From the sequence record SRR20825019_320: a DNA stretch of 56,666 nt, one strand, 5' to 3'. The notes beneath the pieces are model-generated. The model was not told the origin of the DNA. It saw nothing but the letters and a program-made list of their open reading frames with translations, and made no database searches. Made by a program: the position numbers and the translations under genes. This document shows positions 43,802-56,086 of this stretch, one piece after another (position 1 is the first letter of the stretch; each line of letters opens with the position of its first letter).

Positions 43802-44980
43802 TTACCTATCTATTTCACCAAATACTATATCTAAACTACCAAGTATTGCTACTATATCTGCCATTAAATGTCCTTTTGACATCATATGCAATCCTTGAAG
43901 ATGAGCAAATCCTGGTGATTTAATTCTACATCTATATGGTTTATTTGTACCGTCTGAATATACATAAACTCCAAATTCTCCTTTGGGAGCCTCTATTTGT
44001 GCATAATATTCACCGCTTGGTACATGGTAACCTTCTGAATATAGTTTAAAGTGATGAATTAGTGCTTCCATAGATTTTTTCATTTCAGATCTAGGAGGTG
44101 GAGCAATTTTTCTATCATCTGTTTTTACATCACCTTTGGGTAATTTTTCTATACATTGCCTTACTAAGTGTACTGATTGTTTCATTTCTTCCATACGAAC
44201 TAGGTATCTATCAAAGCAATCACCATTTTTACCAATAGGAATATCAAAATCAAGCTTACTATATATTTCATATGGACTTGATTTTCTTAAATCCCAAGCA
44301 ATTCCTGAAGATCTGAGCATTGGTCCAGAAAAACCCCAATCAAGAGCTTGCTCTTTACTAACTATAGCTATATCTACAAGCCTTTGTCTCCAAATTGGGT
44401 TATTATTTAGAAGATTTTCAAGATCTGATATTCTATCTTTGAAACTCTCAATAAACTTAGCTATTTTATCAGTAATTCCATCAGGTAGATCTTGGGCAAC
44501 TCCTCCTGGTCGAATGTAATTAGAATGCATTCTTGAACCTGAAACTTCTTCGTAAAATCCCATGATTTTTTCTCTATCTTCAAAAAGCCATAAAAGAGGG
44601 GTTGTTGCTCCAACATCAAGTGCAAGAGTTGCTATATTTAATGTATGATTTAGAATTCTTGTTAATTCAGAAAACATAACCCTTATGTAACTTGCTCTTT
44701 CTGGGATTTTACATCCAAGTAATTTTTCAATACATAAAGCAAAACAATGCTCTTGGGGCATTGGTGATACATAATCTAATCTATCAAAATAAGGAACGCT
44801 TTGAAGATATGTTTTATGTTCAATAAGTTTTTCAGTACCTCTATGTAAGAGACCAATATGAGGGTCTGCTTTTGTAACTACTTCACCATCCATTTCAAGA
44901 ATTAATCTAAGTACTCCATGAGCTGCGGGGTGTTGAGGACCAAAATTTATAGTGATTATTTCATTATCTTGTTTGTTCAT
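43802..44980 (-). CDS. nuoD: NADH-quinone oxidoreductase subunit D
   Basis: [33 protein letters not shown]. Confidence 0.98.
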   Translation of the reverse strand: MNKQDNEIITINFGPQHPAAHGVLRLILEMDGEVVTKADPHIGLLHRGTEKLIEHKTYLQSVPYFDRLDYVSPMPQEHCFALCIEKLLGCKIPERASYIRVMFSELTRILNHTLNIATLALDVGATTPLLWLFEDREKIMGFYEEVSGSRMHSNYIRPGGVAQDLPDGITDKIAKFIESFKDRISDLENLLNNNPIWRQRLVDIAIVSKEQALDWGFSGPMLRSSGIAWDLRKSSPYEIYSKLDFDIPIGKNGDCFDRYLVRMEEMKQSVHLVRQCIEKLPKGDVKTDDRKIAPPPRSEMKKSMEALIHHFKLYSEGYHVPSGEYYAQIEAPKGEFGVYVYSDGTNKPYRCRIKSPGFAHLQGLHMMSKGHLMADIVAILGSLDIVFGEIDR

Positions 44981-45002
44981 AAAGATTAATTTTATTTATA
45001 TA

Positions 45003-45590
45003 TTACTTTATCTTTTTGCCGTTAGTTCCAGGAAGTTCAATATTGGTATTCCAGGGAGATAAAAAATCAAAATTTCTATATTCCTGGTCGAGATTTACAG
45101 GCTCATAAACGACTTGTTTTAATGTGTCATCATATTTTACTTGTTTATATCCAGTTAGAGGAAAATCTTTTCTTAATGGATATCCTTCAAAATCATAATC
45201 AGTGAGTATACGTCTGAGGTCTGGGTGATTTTTGAAAGAAATTCCAAACATATCGTATATTTCTCTTTCATACCAGGAAGCTGAGCTATGAATGTCACTT
45301 ATAGATAGGCATTCTTCGTTTTGTTCTAACTCAAGTTTTATAATTAGCCTTGAGTTATTTTTGAGACTGAGCATATTATATACGACTTCAAACCTCTTTT
45401 CTTTGTGGGGAAAATCTACTGCAAATAAATCAGTAAGAAGGTTAAATTTTAAATTGTTATCGGTTTTGATAGATTTTATGACATTTTTTAAATTATTAAG
45501 TGTTATATTGCAGTAAAACATACCGTGCACGATATCAATTTTGGTATCTACTAACTTACTGAGATTCTTAACTATATCTTGCTTTGTCAT
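45003..45590 (-). CDS. nuoC: NADH-quinone oxidoreductase subunit C
   Basis: WYEREIYDMFG, HPDLRRILTDY, PLRKDFPLTG. Confidence 0.97.
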   Translation of the reverse strand: MTKQDIVKNLSKLVDTKIDIVHGMFYCNITLNNLKNVIKSIKTDNNLKFNLLTDLFAVDFPHKEKRFEVVYNMLSLKNNSRLIIKLELEQNEECLSISDIHSSASWYEREIYDMFGISFKNHPDLRRILTDYDFEGYPLRKDFPLTGYKQVKYDDTLKQVVYEPVNLDQEYRNFDFLSPWNTNIELPGTNGKKIK

Positions 45591-45653
45591 ATATATGGTA
45601 ATTTATAAAATATTTATTATTTATATATTATTTTATTACTAATAAATATATAA

Positions 45654-46157
45654 TTATGTCCTAATTATAGTTTTATTCCCACGTATTTTTTTCTGTAGTA
45701 GGGTAATTCCATATAGAAGTGCTTCAGGAGTAGGGGGGCAACCCGGTACGTAAACGTCAACTGGTACAATCCTATCACACCCTCTTACTACTGAATAAGA
45801 ATAATGATAATATCCTCCACCATTTGCACAGCTTCCCATTGAAATTACCCATTTGGGATCTGCCATTTGGTCATATACTTTTCTAAGAGCGGGCGCCATT
45901 TTGTTGGTTAATGTACCTGCAACTATCATAACATCAGATTGTCTCGGGCTTGGTCTAAATAGCATACCGAATCTATCTAGGTCATATCTACTTGACGCTG
46001 CTTGCATCATCTCTACTGCGCAGCATGCTAGCCCAAATGTCATTGGCCATAATGAACCTGTTTGTGCCCATTTTACAAGATCAGTGAGTTTTGCGGTAAT
46101 AAATCCACTTTGCATGGTTTTTCCATCAGTAGGATTACTAAGTCCATTTATTCCCAT
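45654..46157 (-). CDS. nuoB: NADH-quinone oxidoreductase subunit B
   Basis: [27 protein letters not shown]; start set at MGING overlapping the nuoA end (ORF track begins at 46178). Confidence 0.96.
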   Translation of the reverse strand: MGINGLSNPTDGKTMQSGFITAKLTDLVKWAQTGSLWPMTFGLACCAVEMMQAASSRYDLDRFGMLFRPSPRQSDVMIVAGTLTNKMAPALRKVYDQMADPKWVISMGSCANGGGYYHYSYSVVRGCDRIVPVDVYVPGCPPTPEALLYGITLLQKKIRGNKTIIRT

Positions 46158-46501
46158 TCCAGTGCCTCTTTTTTCCATTCATAAATAAATCCAATAATCA
46201 AAATAAATACAAAAAACATCATTGAGTAAAACCCAGTCCAAGAAATTTGCTTAAGACTAATTGCCCAAGGTATCATAAAAGATATTTCTACATCAAAAAT
46301 TATAAATAATATTGCAACTAAATAAAATCTAACATCAAAATTAGAAACATCATTATCTATTGGGTCAAAGCCACATTCATAGGGCGTGAGCTTACTAGCA
46401 TTATTTATTTTTTTAGAAAAAAATTTAGGCAGTACTAATAAAATTGCAGCAATTAATACTGAAATGAATATGAATAAACCTAAATTTAGATATTCCTGCA
46501 T
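46148..46501 (-). CDS. nuoA: NADH-quinone oxidoreductase subunit A
   Basis: [29 protein letters not shown]. Confidence 0.97.
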   Translation of the reverse strand: MQEYLNLGLFIFISVLIAAILLVLPKFFSKKINNASKLTPYECGFDPIDNDVSNFDVRFYLVAILFIIFDVEISFMIPWAISLKQISWTGFYSMMFFVFILIIGFIYEWKKEALEWE

Positions 46502-46894
46502 ATTAATTTTATGTGATATTATTTAATAATAAATTATACTATACATTACGAGTTGTATTTTTAAAGACTAGTCTTAAAAATTTATATAATCATTATTCAT
46601 TATTACTTATATATAATATAATAATTCCAGTAAAATTATCTCTTAATTAATAAGTTATATATATCTAATCATATCATATCATCAAAAAACACATAATTTA
46701 TATCTAATAAATCTTTATAGTTAGTAATCAATATATATTTATTTTTAAAAAACTATTATAAATCTATGATTGTGTAAAAATACAACAAAATTTTTGTAAT
46801 GAGTATAAATTATAGTGTTTTAAAATAATGAATTTATAGTATTTTTTAAAAATATATGTATATTACGTTAAACAATTAAAAATACAAAATTTGT

Positions 46895-48166
46895 ATGCAT
46901 AAAATAAATATAAATAAAATAAAAAATTCTTTATTAGTGATTAGTACTTTAATGCTACCTTACATTGCAGTAGCAGAAGAGGGTTTTGAAGCTAAATTAA
47001 AGGGTAGTATGGATTTTACATCTGTTTTTCATTCTAAAGAAAAAGATGATAATAAAAATGTAACTAAGAATAACAAATCATTCGGATTTTCTACAGAAGC
47101 TGATCTTAGTTTGCAAGCAAGTTATACCACATCAAATAACCTTGAATATGGTGCAGTGATAGGTATTGAGACTTCTACAAAAAATACAAGATCAATGCCG
47201 TCTTACATATTTTTTACAACAGAACTTGGTAAATTGGAATTAGGTTCAGGTAAATCTGCATTCAAAGGTCTTGCTACATCTGCATATAAGATTGCAGCAG
47301 CCACAGGAGGAGGATGGGATAGCTGGGTAGATCTTAACCCTAAAGACCTTAAAATAAATTATGCTCCTGGTTATAGTAATATGGTAGACTCAAAAGTCAG
47401 AACCAAAGGAAAAGTAGAATTTCCAAGAAAAATTACTTACTATACGCCAAGCTTTAATGGTTTTTCTTTAGGTGTTAGTTATATACCTGATGCATCAAAT
47501 GCAGGTCACGGATCAATAGATGGAGATAATAGTTTTAAACCTTCTAAATATTTTTATAAAGTAGCTCCTAAAGAAGGCGGAAATATCTTAGAAAGCAAAA
47601 TTAAACAAGCAGATATATCTTTTTCAATAAAAGACGCTATTGCGGGAGGGGTTTTATACGAAAAACTTCTTAGTGACGATTTATCAGTAAGATTTTCTGT
47701 TGTAGGTGAGACAGCAAAAGTTGTTCATGAATATAAAGATTCAGAAGACATGAGTGATGATGATAAAGATCGTTTTAAGAAAGCAACTTTTAATGATGTA
47801 AAGAGTGTTATGCTAGGGGGGATTTTGAAATACAAAAAATTCTCAATAGCTGGATCATATTATAATTATGGAAAGAGCTTTGCATCTAAAGAATTAGATA
47901 CAGGAAAAGCTTCTTATACTTTTACTATTGGAAGTAAATATGAAATAAATAAGTTTAATACAAGTTTACATTATCAAAATTCTAATTTTAGAGGTAATAA
48001 AGTTGATGCAATCACACTTGCAATGGATTACAAACTTGCACCTGGACTAAAACCTTATGCTGAATGTACATTATATAGTAGTAAAGGTGAGCAACTTGGG
48101 CTTGATCAGAAAACAGACCAAAGAAAGGGTACATTATTCTTAATGGGAACTAAACTTTCTTTCTAA
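46895..48166 (+). CDS. Outer-membrane porin (Rickettsiales/alphaproteobacterial type)
   Basis: Signal peptide (AVA-EE), GKLELG, KITYYTPSFNGFSLGVSY, DYKLAPGLKPYAE, C-terminal Phe (GTKLSF). Confidence 0.88.
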   Translation: MHKININKIKNSLLVISTLMLPYIAVAEEGFEAKLKGSMDFTSVFHSKEKDDNKNVTKNNKSFGFSTEADLSLQASYTTSNNLEYGAVIGIETSTKNTRSMPSYIFFTTELGKLELGSGKSAFKGLATSAYKIAAATGGGWDSWVDLNPKDLKINYAPGYSNMVDSKVRTKGKVEFPRKITYYTPSFNGFSLGVSYIPDASNAGHGSIDGDNSFKPSKYFYKVAPKEGGNILESKIKQADISFSIKDAIAGGVLYEKLLSDDLSVRFSVVGETAKVVHEYKDSEDMSDDDKDRFKKATFNDVKSVMLGGILKYKKFSIAGSYYNYGKSFASKELDTGKASYTFTIGSKYEINKFNTSLHYQNSNFRGNKVDAITLAMDYKLAPGLKPYAECTLYSSKGEQLGLDQKTDQRKGTLFLMGTKLSF

Positions 48167-48189
48167 ATATTAATATTAATATTATTTAT

Positions 48190-48217
48190 AAAAGGGAGCT
48201 ATAGCTCCCTTTTTTTT
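48190..48217 (+). terminator. Rho-independent terminator after the porin gene
   Basis: Perfect palindrome AGGGAGCTATAGCTCCCT flanked by an A-run and a T-run, about 25 bp after the stop. Confidence 0.9.
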
Positions 48218-48290
48218 CTTAAAATAATTGCTGGATTCTTTTGTTGCTCTGGTTTATTGTTTAATTTTGTAATTAATAATTGAGGTCAAA

Positions 48291-51149
48291 TTGAAGGATA
48301 GGTTTGATAGGAAAAGTTTTTTGAGTTCTTCAAACATAGTATTTTTAGAAGAATTACTTAATAAATATCTTGATGATCCCAGCTCAGTATCAGAAGAGTG
48401 GCAAGATTATTTTAATAATATTGAGAGTAATAAAAGAATATTTCCTGGTTTTCAAAGTAATATACTCAAAATAATACAAGATGAAGATAATGAAAAAATA
48501 GGAAGAAGGTTAAATTGTGAAATTAATAAAAAAGTTGATATTAAAAATAATGATGCAAATCATGGTCAAGATATTAAAAATACAAACTATGAATTTATAG
48601 CAAGAGAGATTATTAATCTTTATAGAAATAAGGGACATTTTCTTGCTTCACTAGACCCTTTAAATTTAGAAGAGAAACAAAATCCTTCAGATTTAGGTCT
48701 TGAATTTCAAGATCTTCCAAAAGAAATATATTTAAAAGATATTAATAATAAATCTGTTATTAATAAAAATTATCTTGGTGAAACTACATTTCAAGGTTTA
48801 ATTAAAAAATTAAAGGATTTATATTGTGGAAATACAGCATATGAATTTTCGCACATTCAGGATGAAAATAGAATAAACTGGATTGTTGATATTATTGAGA
48901 ATAGAAATAATTTAGTTAATTTTAGTAATCAAAAAAGAAAAGATATAATAAGTGATTTAATAGCAATTGAAGGATTTGAGAATTATTTACATAAGAAATT
49001 TCCTGGTGCAAAAAGATTTTCTGTTGAGGGTGCTGAATCTAGTGTTGCATGCTTAGAGCATTTAATTAGAAGTTTATCAAAACTAGGTGCAGATGAAATT
49101 GTTTTTGGCATGGCACATAGAGGTAGGCTCAGTACACTTAGTAAGATATTGAAAAAGCCTTATTATAAGATTATTGCAGAATTCATGGGTAAAAAACTTG
49201 ATTTAAGAGAAGGATCTGGTGATGTGAAATATCATATGGGTTATTCTAATGATGTAAAATTAAACGAGAATGACAAAATTAAGTTAACACTTGCCTATAA
49301 TCCATCACATTTGGAATCAGTGAATTGTGTAGTTGCGGGTAAAGTTAAAGCAATGCAAGATGAGGTTAAGAATGAGTACTCTAAAAATAAGTATGTTGGG
49401 ATATTAATTCATGGTGATGCTGCTTTTTGTGGACAAGGTGTAGTTACTGAGGGTCTTTTAATGTCTGGACTTGAATCATTTGATATTGGAGGGACTATTC
49501 ATATAGTAGTTAATAATCAAGTAGGTTTTACAGCTAATCATTTTGAATCTAGAAAAAGTAGATATTGTACAGATATTGCAAAGTCGATAGGTGCACCTAT
49601 TATACATGTAAATGGTGATTATATTGAGGAAGTTATTAAGGCTGTTGAGTTTGCTGCATTATACAGAAATAAGTTTCAAGAAGATATAGTAATAGACATA
49701 GTAAGTTACAGAAAATATGGTCATAATGAGGGAGATGAACCATTATATACTCAGCCTATTATGTATAAGGTTATTAAAAATAAGAGAAAGATATCTGAAA
49801 TTTATAGGGATTATTTAATTGAGTTGTCAGAAATTTCACATGAATTTTATGATAAAATTAAACTCAGTTTTAATTCATTACTAAATGAAGAATATGAACG
49901 AGCATCTAAAATTTTAGCTCCCAAGGATAATAATAAAGAATTATCAGATTCCAATAATATAGATATGTTTGATGTTAAAACTGGTTCTAGAGAAGGTGAT
50001 CTTGATAATATTGTAGAAGATTTATGTAAAATACCTGAAGATTTTGATATTAATAATAAAATTAAAAATATAATAACAAATCGACAAAAATTATATAATA
50101 GTGAAGACAAGATAGATTGGGCACTTGCAGAGAATCTTTCTTATGCTACCTTACTTAAGGATAATTATGGAGTAAGAATAACTGGTCAAGATTCTGTAAG
50201 GGGCACATTTTCTCATCGACATTCTGCATATTATTCACAGGAAAATGGTAATAAATATGTTGCTATGAATAATATAAGAGGTAAACAAGGTGAATTTGTT
50301 GTTACAAATAGTAATTTATCTGAATATGGAGTATTAGCTTTTGAATATGGATATTCTTTATATAGTCATAACAAGTTAGTAGTATGGGAAGCTCAGTTTG
50401 GAGATTTTGCTAATGGAGCTCAGATTATAATAGATCAGTTTATTGCATCTGGTGAATCCAAATGGGGAATAAATAGTGGCATAGTTTTATTTTTACCTCA
50501 TGGTTATGAGGGGCAGGGACCAGAGCATAGTTCTGCAAGGCTTGAAAGGTTTTTACAGTTATGTGCGAGTAATAATATGAGGGTTATGAATCTTACTAGT
50601 CCAGCATCATTATTTCATGCTTTAAGATCTCAAATATTATCTAAAACAAGAAAGCCGTTGATTATAATGTCACCAAAATCATTATTAAGGCATAAAAGAG
50701 TATTATCTCATAAAGATGATTTTAATGAAGGTAAATCATTTAAAAAATTAATAAAAGAGGAGGACTTGAATATTTCTAAAGGTAAGATAGATAAGTTATT
50801 AATTTGTAGCGGTAAAATATATTATGACTTAATTGAACAAAGGGAATCTATCAAAAAAGATAAAGTAGCAATTATTAGACTTGAGCAGTTATATCCATTC
50901 CCTAAAGAGGAGCTTATTAATATTATTAAAAGTTATGAAGTTAATAATATTTCTTGGGTTCAAGAGGAACATAAAAATATGGGGGCATGGTTTTTTGTGA
51001 AAGACAATATATTAGAAGCTATGAGATATGCTAATAAAAATTTTGAGGTTACATATGTTGGTAGAGATCATTCTGCATCTCCTGCAACTGGTTATATAGC
51101 AGTTCATAAAGAGCAGCAGGATAATTTGCTCAAAAGAGCTTTTAGTTAA
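48291..51149 (+). CDS. sucA: 2-oxoglutarate dehydrogenase E1 (TTG start)
   Basis: [66 protein letters not shown]. Confidence 0.98.
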   Translation: MKDRFDRKSFLSSSNIVFLEELLNKYLDDPSSVSEEWQDYFNNIESNKRIFPGFQSNILKIIQDEDNEKIGRRLNCEINKKVDIKNNDANHGQDIKNTNYEFIAREIINLYRNKGHFLASLDPLNLEEKQNPSDLGLEFQDLPKEIYLKDINNKSVINKNYLGETTFQGLIKKLKDLYCGNTAYEFSHIQDENRINWIVDIIENRNNLVNFSNQKRKDIISDLIAIEGFENYLHKKFPGAKRFSVEGAESSVACLEHLIRSLSKLGADEIVFGMAHRGRLSTLSKILKKPYYKIIAEFMGKKLDLREGSGDVKYHMGYSNDVKLNENDKIKLTLAYNPSHLESVNCVVAGKVKAMQDEVKNEYSKNKYVGILIHGDAAFCGQGVVTEGLLMSGLESFDIGGTIHIVVNNQVGFTANHFESRKSRYCTDIAKSIGAPIIHVNGDYIEEVIKAVEFAALYRNKFQEDIVIDIVSYRKYGHNEGDEPLYTQPIMYKVIKNKRKISEIYRDYLIELSEISHEFYDKIKLSFNSLLNEEYERASKILAPKDNNKELSDSNNIDMFDVKTGSREGDLDNIVEDLCKIPEDFDINNKIKNIITNRQKLYNSEDKIDWALAENLSYATLLKDNYGVRITGQDSVRGTFSHRHSAYYSQENGNKYVAMNNIRGKQGEFVVTNSNLSEYGVLAFEYGYSLYSHNKLVVWEAQFGDFANGAQIIIDQFIASGESKWGINSGIVLFLPHGYEGQGPEHSSARLERFLQLCASNNMRVMNLTSPASLFHALRSQILSKTRKPLIIMSPKSLLRHKRVLSHKDDFNEGKSFKKLIKEEDLNISKGKIDKLLICSGKIYYDLIEQRESIKKDKVAIIRLEQLYPFPKEELINIIKSYEVNNISWVQEEHKNMGAWFFVKDNILEAMRYANKNFEVTYVGRDHSASPATGYIAVHKEQQDNLLKRAFS

Positions 51150-51178
51150 TATTTATAAACAAAATTAAGGTTAGAATT

Positions 51179-52381
51179 ATGGATAAAGTATTAGTACCAA
51201 GTTTAGGTGAATCTGTCACAGAGGCTACCATTGCTAAATGGTATAAAAAAGAAGGTGATAATGTAGAGATGGATGAGCTATTATTAGAGCTTGAAACTGA
51301 CAAAGTTACTCTTGAAGTTAATGCTTCATCTAGAGGGGTAATTGCTAAAATACTTAAAAATGAAGGCGATAAAGTAGAGGTTGGCGCAGTAGTTTGTCAT
51401 ATTGATAATGCTGCTCAAAAAGATAGTTCGGCTAGTCAAGAACATGCAAACAAATCTAGTAAAATAATAGATGCAGAAAATACTAAAATTACAAATAGTC
51501 AAATAATAGCTCCGTCAGCTAGAAAGATGATTATTGAAAATCAAATAAACCCTAATGATATTATAAATAAAAGAGGAGATGGGAGGATATTAAAAGAGGA
51601 TGTTATTAATCATTTATCAAACATAAACACTATTAAGGACACAAATAGTGAATCAGTTAATAAAGAGAGTATTGTTTCTATAAAAGAAATTGAAAGAGTT
51701 AAAATGTCTGCTTTAAGAAAAACTATAGCTACAAGACTAAAAGACGCTCAAAATACTGCAGCTATTTTGACTACTTTCAATGAAATTGATATGTCAAATG
51801 TTATTGAGATGAGATCAAGACATAAGGATGAATTTTTAAAAAAGCACGATACAAAATTGGGTTTTATGTCATTTTTTGTGACTGCTGCAGTTAAGGCATT
51901 ACAAATGATTCCTGCAGTTAATGCAGAGATAGATGGAGATGAGATTATATATAAAAATTACTATGATATAGGGGTAGCTGTTGGTAGTAAGAATGGTTTA
52001 GTAGTTCCAGTACTTAGGAATGCTCAAGATATGTCAATGCCAGTTATTGAAAGTAAAATTGTAGAATATGCAAAAAAAGCAAGAGATGGTAAATTGTCAA
52101 TGTCTGAAATGCTTGGCGGGACTTTTACTATATCTAATGGAGGAGTTTATGGCTCTTTAATGTCTACTCCTATTATAAATCCTCCACAGTCAGGAATTTT
52201 AGGATTGCATAAAATACAAGAAAGGCCAGTATGTATTGATGGAAAAATCGAGGCAAGGCCTATGATGTATGTAGCATTATCATATGATCACAGGATAATA
52301 GACGGACAGGAAGCTGTTACATTTTTAGTAAAAATTAAGGATATGATTGAAAACCCTGAAAGAATTTTACTTAATATTTAG
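51179..52381 (+). CDS. sucB: Dihydrolipoyl succinyltransferase E2
   Basis: Lipoyl motif [24 protein letters not shown]. Confidence 0.98.
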   Translation: MDKVLVPSLGESVTEATIAKWYKKEGDNVEMDELLLELETDKVTLEVNASSRGVIAKILKNEGDKVEVGAVVCHIDNAAQKDSSASQEHANKSSKIIDAENTKITNSQIIAPSARKMIIENQINPNDIINKRGDGRILKEDVINHLSNINTIKDTNSESVNKESIVSIKEIERVKMSALRKTIATRLKDAQNTAAILTTFNEIDMSNVIEMRSRHKDEFLKKHDTKLGFMSFFVTAAVKALQMIPAVNAEIDGDEIIYKNYYDIGVAVGSKNGLVVPVLRNAQDMSMPVIESKIVEYAKKARDGKLSMSEMLGGTFTISNGGVYGSLMSTPIINPPQSGILGLHKIQERPVCIDGKIEARPMMYVALSYDHRIIDGQEAVTFLVKIKDMIENPERILLNI

Positions 52382-52404
52382 CGGTAATAAAAAGAAAGTT
52401 TTAA

Positions 52405-53433
52405 TTAAATTTCTTCTATATTCCAAGTTGGTCTTGGGCTTATATTTCTTTTAATATATTTTGGTCCTAGAAATATTTTTTCATGTGCTGCCCATGCTAT
52501 CATTGATGCGTTATCTGTGCATATATTTTTAGGTGGAATAAAAATCTCCATATTTTCTTCTGATGCAAGTTCTTTAAGTTTCTCTCTTATAGATGAGTTT
52601 GCTGCAACTCCTCCTACAAATGCAAAATGATTATTTTGAAAATTTCTTTTATAGTAATTAATTGCAATTTTGGTCTTATTATAAAGTGATTTAGACATTG
52701 TTTGTTGAAATGAAGCTGCTATATCATTTATAAATTGAGAATTGATTTCATTTGAATTAATAATTTTACGAACAGCTGTTTTTAATCCTGAAAATGACAG
52801 ATTTGCAAATTTTTGATTATGAAGTGGTAAAGGTAGTTTATATTTATAGGGGTTTCCGGTAGATGCAAGTTTTTCAATTATGGGGCCTCCAGGAAATCCT
52901 AAATTCAGCATTTTAGCAACTTTATCAAAAGCTTCTCCTGCAGCGTCATCTAATGTTTCTCCTATAATTTTGTAACTAGTAGGGTTTATACATACAGCAT
53001 AAAAAGAATGTCCACCTGAAGTTAGTAATGCAAGGTATGGAAAATTGATTTTTGTAGCTAGTCTTGCAGATAGAAGATGCCCTTCATGATGGTTTATTAG
53101 GTAGCAAGGAATGTTTAAGGATGCAGCGAGTGATTTTGCAAAAACAGATCCTACTATAAGTCCGCCTATAAGACCAGGTCCTATAGTGACTGCAATAGCA
53201 TTTATATCTTCTATTCTAATTTTAGAGTCCTTTATTGCAGAATCTACAGTATGGGTTATATTATCTAAATGTGCTCTTGAGGCAATTTCAGGGACAATTC
53301 CTTGGTATTTTTTATGTTCTTTAATTTGTGATGATATAATGTTTGATAATATAGTCTTATCTGACTTTACTATAGCTGCGCAAGTATCATCACAGCTTGA
53401 CTCAATTCCAAGGATAATTTTTGATTTACTCAT
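52405..53433 (-). CDS. tsaD: tRNA threonylcarbamoyltransferase TsaD
   Basis: LGIESSCDDT, VPEIASRAH, NHHEGH, DDAAGEAFDK, CTDNA. Confidence 0.97.
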   Translation of the reverse strand: MSKSKIILGIESSCDDTCAAIVKSDKTILSNIISSQIKEHKKYQGIVPEIASRAHLDNITHTVDSAIKDSKIRIEDINAIAVTIGPGLIGGLIVGSVFAKSLAASLNIPCYLINHHEGHLLSARLATKINFPYLALLTSGGHSFYAVCINPTSYKIIGETLDDAAGEAFDKVAKMLNLGFPGGPIIEKLASTGNPYKYKLPLPLHNQKFANLSFSGLKTAVRKIINSNEINSQFINDIAASFQQTMSKSLYNKTKIAINYYKRNFQNNHFAFVGGVAANSSIREKLKELASEENMEIFIPPKNICTDNASMIAWAAHEKIFLGPKYIKRNISPRPTWNIEEI

Positions 53434-53462
53434 AATTATAAAATTAAAATATTTAAATAAAC

Positions 53463-54539
53463 ATGTCTAGAAATATAGTTTTAGATAATATCTATAAAAA
53501 AATAAATAAAAATGGTTATCTTTATATAGATGAATTTATGGGTATAGTTCTTTCTGATTATAAAGAATCATATTATAGAAGTAGAAATCCGATTGGCAAT
53601 TCAGGTGACTTTGTAACGTCACCTGAAATAACTCAGGTTTTTGGTGAAATTATAGGTGTTTATTGTGCTTATAAATGGATTCAAAATTTAAGGCCAGTTA
53701 ATTTTCATTTGATTGAAGTTGGTGCTGGAACAGGAGAGTTAATTATTGATATATATAGAGCAACAAAACATATAAAGGGGTTTCATAAAGCGCTTAAAAT
53801 ACATCTTTATGAAGTTAGTGAATATTTAAAAATAATACAGAAGCAAAAATTTAAAAATAATTCAATACAAGTAAATTATTTAAGTAGTTTATCTGATTTA
53901 ACTAACATAAAAGGTGTTTTAATTGCGAATGAATTTTTTGATGCATTACCGATTAAGCAGTATATCAAGTGTGACTTGAATTGGAATGAAAGAGTAGTAC
54001 AATTAAATAATGGTGAACTTGAATTTAGCTATAAATCAATATCAAAAGATATAAACACTAAAATAAATAATAAATATGTAAATGCAAAAAATGGAGCTGT
54101 AGTTGAGTTATTTCAAGGAAGAAATTATATTAAGGATATTGCAAAAATGTTAAAATCGGGATTAAGTTCAGCATTAATTATTGATTACGGATATTTTATT
54201 GATCCTTCAATAAGAAATAATGAGCAATATAAAACTACATTGCAATCAATAAAATCGGGTAAATATATTTCATTATTTGAAAATATTGGAAATGCAGATA
54301 TTTCTTCGCATGTGGATTTTTATGATATCAAAGAAATTCTTAATTCATATGGAATTAAGAATATTTTAGTAAGTAGTATGAATGAATTTTTAGCTAAGTA
54401 TGGTATAGATGATAGATTTAAAATGCTTATTTCAAAAGCTGATTTAAAAGGTAAAATTTTACTTACTAAACAATATTCAAGAATTATGTCAATTCAAAGA
54501 ATGGGGGCTTTGTTTAAAGTCCTAGAAGCCATTAAATAG
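53463..54539 (+). CDS. SAM-dependent methyltransferase, MidA/NDUFAF7 family
   Basis: GDFVTSPEITQVFGE, EVGAGTG, ANEFFDALP, IIDYG, ADISSHVDF, MGALFKV. Confidence 0.92.
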   Translation: MSRNIVLDNIYKKINKNGYLYIDEFMGIVLSDYKESYYRSRNPIGNSGDFVTSPEITQVFGEIIGVYCAYKWIQNLRPVNFHLIEVGAGTGELIIDIYRATKHIKGFHKALKIHLYEVSEYLKIIQKQKFKNNSIQVNYLSSLSDLTNIKGVLIANEFFDALPIKQYIKCDLNWNERVVQLNNGELEFSYKSISKDINTKINNKYVNAKNGAVVELFQGRNYIKDIAKMLKSGLSSALIIDYGYFIDPSIRNNEQYKTTLQSIKSGKYISLFENIGNADISSHVDFYDIKEILNSYGIKNILVSSMNEFLAKYGIDDRFKMLISKADLKGKILLTKQYSRIMSIQRMGALFKVLEAIK

Positions 54540-54575
54540 TATCAAATATTACTATTAGGCATGAAATATTAGAAA

Positions 54576-55814
54576 TTAGACTGATAATTTAAATCCAAGC
54601 AAAAATAATCTCCCTGGTACGTTAATTCTATCTTTGGATGAATTTAACATACTTGGAATAAATGATTTATGTCCTAATATACTATAAAAGCTAAGTTCAT
54701 AATAAGCTTTAAATCCGTCAAATAATTTATAGTCTGATGAGAATGTAGTACATGATACTTTATTATTAAATCTAACACCATTAAAATAACTCAAACTAGC
54801 TCCAAGGGGGCCATTATTATATGCAGCTGTAAATTGATAGAATTTAGATTCAGTATTATCTCCATGGATTTCATCAGATATAAAGCTTTTATTATGATTT
54901 CCATAAGAAGCTGCGTAAGAATATTTTCCATAATTTAGCAATATACCCAAATAATATGCTTTTAGATTTGATAATTTATGAGAAGATATTTTGTTATCAT
55001 TAGTATCAGTAATTTTAGCTAAATCTGTAGATTTTCCAAATTCTGAACTTATAGAAAATGCTATATCCGTATTTTCATTTATTTTGCTAGATATCTTAAT
55101 TGATGGAATGAATATATTTTTAGCAGCATGATTAATATGTGCTTTTTGGTTATTTGGCAAATTAAATGAGTAAGAGAAAATATCATTGCTATTAAAATCT
55201 CTACTAGAAATTGACTCAGAAGAAGGTATATAAGTAATTCCTAGTTGCAATGTGTTATTTATAGGTGGTGATATATAAGAAATATTTCTAGGTAAGTATG
55301 TGTAAAAATTTGAATCTGATACTTTATCTGGTTTTGCTATAAAATATTGAGGATGCATATTCATCATTATCTTATTATTTGATAATCCTGATACGTAATT
55401 ATGCCAGGACATATTTTTAGAGATTTTATTGGCTGACAGGTTTAGTATATTAAAACTAGTTGGTCCTGCACCTATTTCAAATCTACCAAAATTACCCTGG
55501 GTATAAATATAAGACTCACTAAGAGCGATATTATTTAAAGAACTGCTTAGTGGAGAAACTGAAATTCTAGCTCCGTAAATGTTATTATCTGAAATATAAT
55601 TACTTATATCAACACCAAGATTTGTATAAGTAAGATATCCTTTGTTTTTTTGGTTTTGCGAGATATTAGAGTTTATACCATCAATTTTTTTTTGATTTTT
55701 AAACGCAATTTGATAATCGAAATTTGCAAAAAATTTTGCAGAAACCTCGCTTTCAGCAAAAATACTATTTATAAAAAAGGGAAATACGGTAATTAAGCTT
55801 AATAATATTTTCAT
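54576..55814 (-). CDS. Outer-membrane porin paralog
   Basis: Signal peptide (IFA-ES), FGRFEIG, PRNISYISP, DYKLFDGFKAYYE; motif order matches the 46895 porin. Confidence 0.78.
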   Translation of the reverse strand: MKILLSLITVFPFFINSIFAESEVSAKFFANFDYQIAFKNQKKIDGINSNISQNQKNKGYLTYTNLGVDISNYISDNNIYGARISVSPLSSSLNNIALSESYIYTQGNFGRFEIGAGPTSFNILNLSANKISKNMSWHNYVSGLSNNKIMMNMHPQYFIAKPDKVSDSNFYTYLPRNISYISPPINNTLQLGITYIPSSESISSRDFNSNDIFSYSFNLPNNQKAHINHAAKNIFIPSIKISSKINENTDIAFSISSEFGKSTDLAKITDTNDNKISSHKLSNLKAYYLGILLNYGKYSYAASYGNHNKSFISDEIHGDNTESKFYQFTAAYNNGPLGASLSYFNGVRFNNKVSCTTFSSDYKLFDGFKAYYELSFYSILGHKSFIPSMLNSSKDRINVPGRLFLLGFKLSV

Positions 55815-56086
55815 TATAAATTATTTTTATTCAAGCGCATAATAGCAAAATATTAGATTGACGCAACTTTATACGGGGTAAGAAATTTTTACTTTGTTTA
55901 ACTAAAGCTCAAATCACTAAATAATAGTATGTGATAGCATATGCCAAAAAAGAATATTAATAAGTAAATATATAAAATCTTTAGATTTAGTAATTATAAA
56001 TTAGTTATAAAGGTATTATTCTTACTTTATAGATAAGGCAGTATACATCCTGAATTTTGTTGACTATTGCACGTAATAAATTATAA

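Noticed and set aside
46846-46873. dif-like string TGTATA-TTACGTTAAAC upstream of the porin
   Set aside because: Resembles the central hexamer and XerD arm, but the XerC arm (TTAAAAATATA) does not match
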